From Podospora anserina (taxonomy: Eukaryota), in contig CM030332.1 in NCBI GenBank assembly GCA_017654855.1, forward strand, positions 4,464,001-4,528,000: a stretch of 64,000 bases of DNA. Direction: 5' to 3'. Each line of letters opens with the position of its first letter. Position 1 is the first letter of the stretch. The position numbers were made by a program, and so were the translations under genes. Under the pieces are notes generated by a model. It searched no databases, was not told the origin of the DNA, and saw only the letters and a program-made list of their open reading frames with translations. Positions 1-11,229 of the stretch are shown here, in pieces.

Positions 1-330
1 TTGAAGGTAACTTCTGACAATTGGTTCGGTGCAGCTAGACAGTGCACAACAAGATGTCTCAATGTAAACACAAGATACCGTGAATACAACTGTGGATTGC
101 ATACTGCGGAACTGTCTATCTACACCAGCCAGTTCCTCTGTATATATAGACCTGTTTATCACCATTATCACCAGTGATAATGTCGATTATTACTCGTCGT
201 TCACCGAAGGCTGGTGATAATTGTGATTATCACCCTTGGCGCTAGTGATAATCTGACTTCCCCACTTTTCCGTTCCTAGTGGTTAGACGGGTCGCGCCCC
301 GCGCTCCCCACTTATGTCAGGTCCGTGACA
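1..330 (-). repeat. Gypsy LTR, U3 type A (GATA-rich), truncated by the window edge; 5' LTR or solo LTR
   Basis: Has the family R/U5 core (ggttcggtgcagcta...gcggaactgtctatctacaccagccagttcctc, tatatatagacc) and ends ccgtgaca at 330. It matches the LTRs at 42704-43073 and 48674-49043. No PPT follows 330. Confidence 0.9.
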
Positions 331-462
331 TCTTACTAGGGTAAAAAAATATAATACCAAAAGAGTACGAGGTTAGCGGAAAGAAGTAAAGTTGATTAAT
401 TTTCGGAAACAACGAAAATATTTCCTTTCCGCTTTAGTTTGAGGTATAGATTTACGCCTAAT

Positions 463-900
463 TGTGACGAACCCCTATACAGAACCTTTAAAAGGGATAC
501 GGGTTAAAGGTAACTTCTAATAATTAGTTCGGTGCAGCTAAACAGTATATAATAAAATGTCTTAATATAAATATAAAATACCGTAAATATAATTATAAAT
601 TACATACTACGGAACTATCTATCTATATTAGCTAGTTCCTGTATATATATAAACTTCTTTTCCTAACTGTAATTCCTTTAATTAATATCCTAAGTATATT
701 AATTACTTACGTTTAGCCTAATTAATATCCTAATTATATTAATTATCCCAGCCTAGCCTATTTAATTTAATTAATATTTTAATCGTATTAATTACCGTCC
801 CTTACTATAATTAGCTTTCTTAAGTATTTTCCTAATTAGCCTTTACTCCCGTAATTCTATAACTAATCGTTATTCTCGTTTATATATTAGGGTTATAATA
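463..900 (-). repeat. 3' LTR (type B)
   Basis: tgtgacgaacccc...ggttataata (RIP form of ggttgtgaca); direct repeat of 7921-8358. Confidence 0.93.
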
Positions 901-1689
901 CGATACTCCTCCTTTTAAACTAACGTCCCGGTAGTCCTAATTTTTTTTATTTTTTTTAATAACAACTTCCTTCCTTAATAAATTTTCCCTTCTTATTATT
1001 ATCTTTTCGCAATATTTAATTATATTAAGAAACCTACGCCAAAAGGCCTTTCCAGTACCCTTCGTTACTAAAATCTTATTACTATTACTTTTATTTTTAA
1101 TAACAAAATACTTCCTTATTTGTTTTACGAAACCCTTAGAATTTTTAATTATTACACTTTCGAATACTTTTTTAGATATAACTACTATATTAGTTCTAAT
1201 CGTTTCGACTATAATATCCTGGATCTTACTTCCGCCCTAATAACTTTCCTTCGTTATTAAAAGGAAAAACTAAATATTAATAAGCGAAAAGCCCATACGA
1301 CTATACTATAAACTACTTCAAAGCTTTCGCGAATAGAGACTTAGCGTTATACTTTAGTCGCTAAATTCCGTTATATTACGGCCCGTAAAGAACGGTTAAT
1401 CGAGGATTTAAAACGGAAGGAAGTATAAATTACCTTTATTACTAATCTTCTTCTAACCTTTTCTCTTAATTGGGCCTCCGTAATACTAAACTAGCCCGAC
1501 CTAAACCTTCCGAACGACCTATCCTTTAACTTTCCGCTTAATTCCGACCTTTTCCTAAAGTCGGCCGTTAGTACTTCCCGGAGTTCCCTACCTCCAGCTA
1601 CCCCGGATTTTTCTAACGGTAATCCTTTTATTTTTTAAGGTAATTAATATTTATAATATTATTTACGCCTAGATTCCTTCGTACTTATT

Positions 1690-1759
1690 AACTTTATAGT
1701 ATAGTACGTAGTACGTTAATTACTACGTTAAAAGTATAAATTTAATTCCTATCGAGGTT
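1690..1759 (+). other. tRNA-like cassette, heavily RIP-mutated copy, antisense to pol
   Basis: Colinear 70-nt homologue of 43468-43537 and 61999-62068; ends cctatcgaggtt. Confidence 0.55.
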
Positions 1760-1799
1760 CTTTTATATTTATATTATAAATATTTTTCCATAACTTAAA

Positions 1800-4700
1800 T
1801 ATAGTTCTTTTTATTTATTTAGGTTTTAATCGGTTTAGGTATTACTAATAAAATTCTTTTTATTTATTTAAGTAATTAAGGTTTACTTTTAATTCCTATA
1901 AATTATTTATAACCGAATACTTTAATTAATTAACTAAATACTTTAATTAATTTTTATTAAACCATAAATTTAATATTTCTTTTATATTACACTTCTTTTT
2001 TTTGTCCTCTACTATTACTTATATATTAACTTTACTTACCGGTAATATAGATTCCAGAAGTAAGATATATAAGGTATATAACCTTAAACGTATTATACTA
2101 AGTAGCTTTAATTCGAATACCGTTTTTAAAATTTTCCTTTTAATCTTAAATAAGCTTACTTTCCTATAGTTTAGCTTTTTACTAGGTTTTTTAATACGTA
2201 AATTATATATAGAAAGGAATATTATATTTTTTTTTAAAGCGAAGTTCCTCGAGCTTTTTAATATTATAGTATTTCTATCTCCTTTTTCTTATAAACTTTA
2301 GTTTTTACTTAAGCTTACTATAAAATATATATAACTTATTTACTTTTACCCTAACTTTAACTACCTTTACGCTAAGTCCTTACCGTAGGTTTACTTTATA
2401 TTTAAAATTTACGAAAAACGGCGTAACTTTAATCGTTTTTATTAATAATATATTATATACTAATTATACCGTAAATAATAGTTTAACCTAATCGTTTTAT
2501 CGAAATTAATATAATTCTATAAATACTATTTTACGATTTAATTAAGCCGTTCCGTTTAACTATTTATTTAAAGGTAGTAGGCCGAAAATACTTTACTTAC
2601 TACCCCGAGCCTCGTTATTAACGCTCTTTAAAATTTTAATACAAATTTAATATCGCGGTCCGTAATAAATTCCTTCGGCTATATATATATTATTTTAATA
2701 TACCGTAGTACTATATCCGCTAATTACTTTACCGTTTAAGTCTCTTTATAAAGTAAAAAGTATACCTATTTAATAAGCCTATTAATTACCGTTAATATAT
2801 TATTATACTTAACGCCGGTTACTATATTTTTTAACTTTAGTAATTTAATAATAAAGTCTATTATAATTAAACTTTATAATCGTTCTACTACTAATAATAA
2901 CTTTAAAAATCCGTAAAGCTTATACTTTATAACCCTCGTTTTCTTATACGTATAGTATAACTAAATAACTTTTTTAACGTCGTTCTTAATCTTTAATTAA
3001 TTAAAATATTACTTAATCCTTTTTATAGTCTTTATAATACCTATATATCCTCCGAACTTCGACCTATAAATCTTTATTATTAGTACTATCCTGTCGCCTA
3101 GCTTTACGTACGCTCGATTCTTATACTATAATCTTTCTTAACTATTTTTTTAAATGCCCTATAGCTTTAACTTTTCTTATTAATATTATTTTATAATATC
3201 GTTACTTAACTTCCTTTAATACTTATTAGAAGTAACTTATTTATAATATACTACGTAATACTCTATTTATAGCTAAAGTAAATACTTAAAAGTACCTTTT
3301 AGCGTTTCCTTAAATAATAATAGTAACTCCCTAGGTACATCCTTATAGTAGTCGGCTCGCCGGCTAAATATATCTACCCTAGCGTTCTCCGAACCCTTTT
3401 TATAATTAATTTAGAAATTAAATTTCGAAAGAAACTCTAATTATTATATTTACTATACGTTAAAGACCTTCGTAATAGTAAAGTATTATAGGTTTTTATA
3501 ATCTATATAAACCTATATTTCGTAATTAGTATTATTAGAATATAGCTTTTATTCCTCGAACGCTTTAATAATAATAAATAGTTTTTTATCGTAGATTAAA
3601 TAGTTTTAATATATTCCTTTTAGTTTCTTCGAAAAGAAGGTTACTAGGTATATTTTCCCGTTATCGTCTCGCTATCCTAATTACTTACTAATCGTATAGT
3701 TTAATATATTAGCCTCGACCTCGAACGGTCGATTAGGGAAGGCTTAGTAATTTAAGTATTAAATCCTTTAAAATAGCCTCTTTTAGCTCCAAAAAGGCCT
3801 ACTCCTTTTCTTACCCCTACCGGAACTCTATATTTTTCTTAGTTAAATAGTTAAATAGTCGCGTAATTTCTACGTACCTACTAATAAATATCCGATAGAA
3901 ATTTATAAACCTTAAGAATTCCTTAACGTATATTTATAATTACGGCGTAAGCTAGTCTTTAATTACCGTAATTTTCCTAATTCTATACGAACCTTACCTA
4001 GCGATATTAAATATCCTGAATATATTATTTTTTATATATAAAACTCGGTTTTCTCTTTATTAATTAAAAGTCCGGCTCTATATAACGCGTCGAGTATCTT
4101 TTATATATATCGCTTATACTCCTCTAAAGTACGTAAGTAGATAAGAACGTCGTCGAGATAATATATTACTATTTTATTAAGGTATTTCCGGATCGTGTGG
4201 TTAACGAGAGATTAAAATATTAGGGGCGTATTGGTTAGCTTAAATAATATTATAAGATACTCGAAGTAATTATAGGGTATACGAAACGTTATTTTCTATT
4301 CGTTCCTTTCTTTAATCCGTATATAGGTGTACCCGATAAGTATATTTAAGTATATAAAGTATTACGTTTTAATTAATTAATTTTATAGCCTAAGTATTAA
4401 TAGTAACGGGTAATTATTTTTTTACTATTTTGTTATTTAATTAATAGTAATCTATATATAATCGTAAACTACTATTTTTTAATACGAAAAATACGGGATA
4501 TCCTGCTAGTGATATAGACTCCTTAATATATCCTTTCTTTAGATTTTCGTTTAAATATTTCCGTAACTCCTTACTTTACTTATCGTTAGTATAATAGACT
4601 TTAAATAGCCGTAGCTTAATTTCTTTTTTTAACTTAATTTCGTAGTACTACGGTCCTCGGTTTAGAAATCCCTCTAAATATTTAACCGTAAAGGCTAAGT

Positions 4701-7700
4701 ATCCTCGATATTCTACTAGTACCGCTTTTTTCTTACCTTTCTTTACGTTATTATAGTAAGTGTATTTATTAACCTCCGATATTTTTACTAACGTCGTTAA
4801 TTTTACTTTTTCGATTTTACTGCCTATATCGATAAAGTACACTATTATTTTTTAAGCTCCTTACAGTAGTACCGTGGAGGGTACTTATCCTGCACTTTAC
4901 TCTATACGTATACTTAATTTTTTATCGTTAACTAAATACTTTTAAGGTTCTTTTAATCGTAAGTAACTACTATCCCTCTAATCGATATTTAGGTTATAAT
5001 CTTTATACTATAATTACTTTAGGATTATATCCTTCGAGGGTTCTATATTTATAATATTAAATATAATTAAAGTTATTTTTCCTTTCACTATAATATCTAA
5101 AGGTAATTTTTTTAAAAAACCTTTTACGTTAAAAATAGTCCTTATATAACGATCTATTCCTTCTTTTTCTTTTATAGTATTTTAGTTTAGTATACGAACT
5201 ATAGCGAAATTAAATTCGTCTTTATACCTCCGTCTACTAATATTATTACCTAAATATCCCTCTAGTACGCTATAACCTAGAGGTATTTTTTTTTTTTACT
5301 TTTTCCCTATATAGTAATAACCTCGCTAACGAGTATCGGGTGGTTATCCTATACCTTCGCTTTACGCCGATACTTCCGGAAATACTATTTATAGTCCGTT
5401 AAAGGTTACCGGCCCCCGTAAAGGGCCGCGAGTCGTTTCCTAAGCGGTTATGTCATTTAAAAGTATTCTTTTACTCCGGGCTATTTAATAATATAAAGTC
5501 TTTTAACTATACCCGCCTAACTTCCTTCTATTTTCCGTCTCTTACTTTTTTAGTATTTTATTAAATATTCCTTTAATAGTACCTCTGTTATTTAATTAAT
5601 ACCCTAAGCTCGGCGGCCTAATATTATCGTTTAACTTTCTATTATAAATATAGTATATAGTTTAGGCTTAAGTACTACTATAGTACTATTCCTCGCCCCG
5701 AGATTTCGTTATTTAGTATATACCTTTCGTTTATATACCCGAGGTAGTACCCTACCTCTTTTAGCGTAAACTAAATTATTTAGAGTCCATTTCCCAATTA
5801 AGCTACTTTCCTGACTTTCTATAGTAGGTAGTCGTTTAATTCTTTATTAGTTTTTTCCCATTTTACTATTATTTTTTTAATTAGCTATAGCTTACCTTCC
5901 TTACTTACCTTACGTACCGGCCAGTAGCCGTATAGCGACTTACTTTAGTAATACTCTATATATCCGTATATAACATACTGGAACTAAAGTGCCCTCCGGT
6001 ACTCCGGGTACTTAGTGTGACGAACCCCTGTACAGAACCTCTGAAAGGGATACTGGTTGAAGGTAACTTCTGACAATTGGTTCGGTGCAGCTAAATAGTG
6101 CACAACAAGATGTCTCAATCACAACAGCTAAGATACCACGATTGTGACTTGTCATTGCATACTGCGGAACTGTCTATCTACACCAGCCAGTTCCTCCGTA
6201 TATATAGACCTTGGGACCGTGGACCGTTGACTTACAGACGGTCCTCGGTCCACTCCTGATTGGCCGATACTGGACCGTGGACCGTGAGCCCCGCCGCGGT
6301 CCCCGGTCCCCATCTTATTGGTCCGTTCCGTCCACTCGGACCGTGAGCCCCGCTCGATCGCTCGGTCCAGTCCTGATTGGTCCCTCGTGGCCCCACTGTC
6401 TTCCAGAACCGTGACACTTAGGGTAAAATTATATTATATCTCCTTTATAGGGTATATACCGTATAAGGGTAAGTATATTTCTTAATAACTTCGCGATCCC
6501 GATATTAACGACCTTCTTATCCTTTTAATATTTTTCCTAACTTTTATACTTAAGCCTTTTAGGCTATACTTATATAACGGCGATCCTATACCTACCGTAT
6601 TACTTCCCTAGCATCGTCCACCGGGTAGGTCCTTCCTATTACGTAGGATTATTATTTTTAATAACCTCCATAATAATTTCCGTAGTAACTCGTGCCACTT
6701 ACTTCTATAATACCTATATCTAAAGATCTCTTTCTTCGTACTTTGCCTTTAACCTTTCCACTACTTCCCGTAGCTCCTAAAACTCTACTTCCTTTTGTTT
6801 AGCGTATTAATAGGAGTCTTCCTCGAAGTTTACCGCTTCATTTTACTAATATCCGATAGTTACGACTTCCATAACCCTCGGTCCCTTCGATATAATAATT
6901 ATTATAATCTCCTTCTTTTACCCAAATTACTTAAGTGCCCTATAGTTTTTTTTAAAGTATTTTATTTTACTATAATTAAAATACTTACGGTTATCTTTAC
7001 CTTTATCCTAACCTTATAACCTTTATTATTAAATAGCGTCGATGTCTATAGGCCCTACGTAGGTAATCCTTAAAACGTAAGTCCCGTAAAGTCATTTCTT
7101 TTTCTTATCGTTAAGGCGATACAGTCTTTATATATATATATTTTTACGCTCTTTACGGCGTTAGTATTATCGATCGTTAATACGGACTACTATTATAATA
7201 TAGTCGTTAATAGTCTTCGGTCGCTCTATTCGATAAAGCTTATCTTTAATTTTTTCCTTAAGCCTATTATAAAACGATTATTAACCTTTCGTCGTTAATT
7301 ACGTTACGGAATACGTCTATCCTAAACGCTATAGCGTAGTCGGTAGTAAATCGAGTTTACTTAAAGTTAGTTAATCGCTCTTAAGTATACTTACCCTCGT
7401 TATATTCTTTAAATACCTCTTTAATCTTCTTTTTAAAGCCTTTATATAATTTAAAATACGTTTAAGTAATATCCTCCCTTTCGTTATATATATTATCGAA
7501 GTAGTCCTTTAAGATCGGCTCGAACTACGTAAGTATTATATCCTTGAGCCTAGATATAATATATATGGCTTTAGATTCCTCGTCCGGGAAACGAGAAGGG
7601 TAGTACTAAAAATAAGTTTTAAGTTAGATTAAGAATCCTCCTAGCTTTCCTTTTATACTTTTATAGCGGTCGGGTGCTTTAAGCTTAGTACGCTCTCCTT

Positions 7701-7863
7701 CCTTACGCAAGGTCCCGATTTCCTGGTAGAGTATAGCGTTTTCCTATATAAAAGTTTCGTGGGAAAGGCGTAACTTATCTTTAAGCTTTTAAATATAAGT
7801 AAGAAGCTGGTCGACGGTAGGTTAGGTAGATACCTTTACTTAGGTATTAATATTTTTAATTAT
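1800..7863 (-). pseudogene. gag-pol: gag-pol polyprotein pseudogene (gag, zinc knuckle, protease, RT, RNase H, integrase, chromodomain), with many RIP stops; ends approximate
   Basis: RT YLDD at 4149-4160 (revcomp tatctcgacgac). Integrase EFITDRD at about 2652-2672 and a TERLN-like motif at about 2540. Chromodomain-like segment at about 1870-2010. ORF 4648-4842 is a remnant of the PR-RT linker. Confidence 0.9.
6016..6416 (-). mobile_element. Solo LTR (type C, ggaccgtggaccg repeats), almost unmutated, nested in element 463-8358
   Basis: tgtgacgaacc...ccgtgaca, 401 bp, perfect TSD CTTAG (6011-6015, 6417-6421). Confidence 0.95.
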
Positions 7864-7920
7864 AGCGTTAATTTAATACTTTTAATTTATTTATAATAAA
7901 GTTAAAGTAAGTATATAACG

Positions 7921-8358
7921 TATAACGAACCCCTATATAAAACCTTTAAAAGGGATATGGGTTAAAGGTAATTTTTAATAATTAGTTCGGTATAGCTAAA
8001 TAGTATGTAATAAGATATTTTAATATAAATATAAGATACCGTAAATATAATTATAAATTATATACTACGGAACTATCTATCTATACTAGCTAGTTCCTCC
8101 GTATATATAAACTTTATTTCCCAGCTGTGATTCTTTTAATTAGTGTTTTAAGTATACTGATTACTTACGCTTAGCCTAATCAGTGTCCTGATTATACTAA
8201 TTATCCCGGCCTAGCCTGCTTAGTCTAATTAGTGCTCTGATCGCACTGATCACCGTCCCTCACTGCGATTAGCTCTCCTAAGTGTTTTCCCGATTAGCCC
8301 TTGCTCCCGTGGTTCCATAACCAATCGTTATTCTCGTCTATATAGCAAGGTTGTGACA
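7921..8358 (-). repeat. 5' LTR (type B)
   Basis: tataacgaacccc...ggttgtgaca, followed by TSD ctaat. Confidence 0.93.
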
Positions 8359-8625
8359 CTAATTTAATTATTTTATCTATTTAAGATTTTTAAAGTATAT
8401 AGTAATGTCGACAAATTTTTTCCTAGCTTTAAAGTTTTTATTAGTCTTTTCAAACTATATCTTTTGTTTAATAACCAATTTAAAGCCAAAATACGTTACA
8501 CTTATTAAGTTAATTTTTATTAAAGGTACGAAGCTAAAATATATTTTATTTATAAATATGTATTTAGTAAGCATTTATGTTAAAATACAGCTTTTATTTA
8601 TGGATTTTACAGTATATCTGAGCCC

Positions 8626-9040
8626 TGTATATTATAGGGCCTCAGAGGCAATACAATGGCTTGGATTAGCAGTGCTTAGAGATTCCGGTTGCCGGAACGG
8701 AACTCGGCCCCCTGAAGCAATCCGAAGTCCCGGAAAGCCGAACGCTAAGGCTAGTGCCCTGCAGCGGTTAAACGGTAGCCTAACGTAGCCTATAACGTGG
8801 CTTGTAACTTTATTTTAATTAGCGCACTTAGCGGGCGTTCGGGCCCGGGAACGGAGTCACCCTCGGGGAGCGAGTAGAAGACCGACGGCCTATAAGACCT
8901 CCGCCTCACACCTTATTCACTGTGATATTTCTTAGTTTGTAAAGTTTAATTAATATACTAGTTTAATACACTTATTAGTGCCTTACAAGCTTATATTACA
9001 GTAATTACCTTGTATATATTACAGGGCGCCGTCCCTGTAA
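8626..9040 (+). repeat. GC-rich LTR-like relic unrelated to the main family
   Basis: GC island of about 415 bp with a TATA-like cctataaga (about 8890) followed by an AT-rich tail. Inverted termini ttatagggc / ccctgtaa. No TSD found. Confidence 0.4.
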
Positions 9041-9700
9041 TCTACCTTCCTTCAGTGCCTCGGCAACTGTCGAATGCTGCAGTCAAAGTTTTCTTCGCTT
9101 TCAGTATACTGCGCCGATAGCTATTCGAGCTTATATTTTACAGGCTTCAATAGCACGTATTTCAACACTATACATTCAAAGGGTTCTAGTATTCTATCCT
9201 TTAATTAATAATTCTATAATGTTAAATAAATATAGGTTTATATTAATAAAATATTTAAGTTTATATAATCAAACATTTGATTTTTAATAACATTAAAAAT
9301 AAAAATTTCATTTAGTTCAATTATGATTATATTTGTTAATTCTATTAAAAGTATAATTAAATCTTTTAACGAAGTCTCTATAGGTAAAGACAGTTTTATA
9401 AGAGTTAAAGTAAGAAAAGTAACTATATTTTTCCGCTAACTTAATACTATCTTTATATTATATGTTTTCCTTTTACTTTAATCACAGATATAAACTCTAT
9501 ATTTAAATTAAATATTGCATTTTTGAAAGATATCAACTAAATAATAATGGCTATAAACTTTTTAAGAATTTTAAAGTCTTTATAAACTTCTTTGAACTAT
9601 CTCTTTTGTTTCACTATTTTTTTAAACTAGAATGAATTAAAATTATTAATCTATATCTTATTAGAAATAAAAAGTTAAAGTATAGTTTAACTATATATAT

Positions 9701-10048
9701 TGTCACAGTTTTGGAAGACAGTAGGGCCACAAAGAACTAATCAGGACTGGACCGGGCGATTGAGCGGGGCTTACGGTCCACGGTCCAGTATCGGCCAATC
9801 AGGAGTAGACCGAGGACCGTCTATAAGTTAACGGTCCACGGTCTTAAGGTCTATATATACGGAGGAACTAGCTAATAGAAATAGATAGTTCCGTAGTATA
9901 TAATATAAGTTATAATCGTTAGTATCTTAACTATTGTAATTAAGATAAGCCATTTATTATAGACTGTTTAGTTGTACCGAATTAGGATTGTTTAGAAGTG
10001 CCTTTAACCACTATCCCTTTTAGAGGTTCTGGATAAGGGTTCGTCACA
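9701..10048 (+). mobile_element. Solo LTR (type C, shorter U3)
   Basis: tgtcacag...ttcgtcaca with TSD TATAT on both sides. Confidence 0.93.
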
Positions 10049-11229
10049 TATATTTATTTAAGAATTATTTATAACGAGCCTTTTGAAAACTAAGGTAATA
10101 TAATTTTTAAAGTATATAAATTACTTAGGTTTTATGATAGAATGAAATAAATATAGCTTTTTATATAGTATAATATATAAGATGCTAAAATCCTAAGTTC
10201 GTAATAAATAATAACTGTTTTTAAAATATTTAATAAAAGTAGTCTCATAATAGTATTACATGTCTTGAATATTGATTTACCAATTTATTATATTAGTTAG
10301 GTTTTTATACAATAGAGAAATAGTTTTTTTCAAAAGAAATGACTGTTTTAAAAGCTTATAATATTACTAATTCAAGCTAGTTTACCCCCTTGTTATTCAT
10401 ATCTAATTTGCTGTTTTTAATAGTAAGCAAAGCTACTATTTCCGTATCTTGGTATGACGAACCCCTATCCAGAATCTCTAAAAGAGATACTAGTCGAAGG
10501 CGCTTCCAAATAAAGCTGGTTCAGTATAGCTAAACAGTATGAAATGAATAGCTTATTTTATTTTATATTAACTAAGGTACTAAGGAATATAACTTATAAT
10601 TAAATACCACGGAACTATTTATTAAAAACCTACCTAGTTCCTCCGTGTATATAGATTTGGGGACCGTAAATTATTAACTTCTAAAAGATCCTCCGTCCTC
10701 TCCTTATGAGCTTATTCCGAACCGGTGACTGGAAGCTCCGCTACGGTGTCACAGTTAAGGAGAAGCGGGAACGCTAGGACCAGTGGGACTGGAGTGGGCA
10801 GACAAGTGGGGCCTGTAGGGCAGGGAATAGCACGGGCCAGGGCATCTAGGTTTTCGGAGATAGATCCGTGGATCTATAGATTCAGAGCTAGATGCAAGGA
10901 TCTAAAGTTTGGAAGCTAGATCCAGGGAATCTAAAGAATAAAGGATAGATCCAGGTACGGAGGTATTAAAAGCCCTAGATCTATATATGCGGAGGAACTA
11001 ATTAGTATAAAGAAATAGTTCCGTAATATATAACTGAAACCATAATTATTAATATTTAAATTATTATAATTAAAATATACTATTTATTATATATTATTTA
11101 ATTATATTAAATTAAGATTATTTAAAAGTGCTTTTAAATAATATTCCTTTTAAAAGTTTTAAAAAGAGGTTTATTATATATTATATATTTACTGTAATCA
11201 TATTATGGACAAATTCAAAGCGTTTTTTC

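Larger units (their letters stand above)
463..8358 (-). mobile_element. Full-length RIP-inactivated Ty3/Gypsy chromovirus LTR retrotransposon (LTR type B)
   Basis: Two 438-bp LTRs (463-900, 7921-8358). TSD CTAAT at 458-462 and 8359-8363. PPT complement (ctcctcc) follows 900. Internal gag-PR-RT-RH-IN-chromodomain relics. Confidence 0.95.

Noticed and set aside
6211-6417. Overlapping 67-aa and 61-aa ORFs
   Set aside because: They lie in the GC-rich, repetitive U3 of a solo LTR and are chance ORFs.
7900-7920. tRNA primer-binding site
   Set aside because: The leader after the 5' LTRs (cgttatatactt...) is conserved but lacks the canonical TGG start. Self-priming, as in Tf1-like elements, is possible but I could not demonstrate it by eye.
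8405-8788. 127-aa ORF
   Set aside because: It spans an AT-rich/GC-island junction, has biased composition and contains no recognisable motif.
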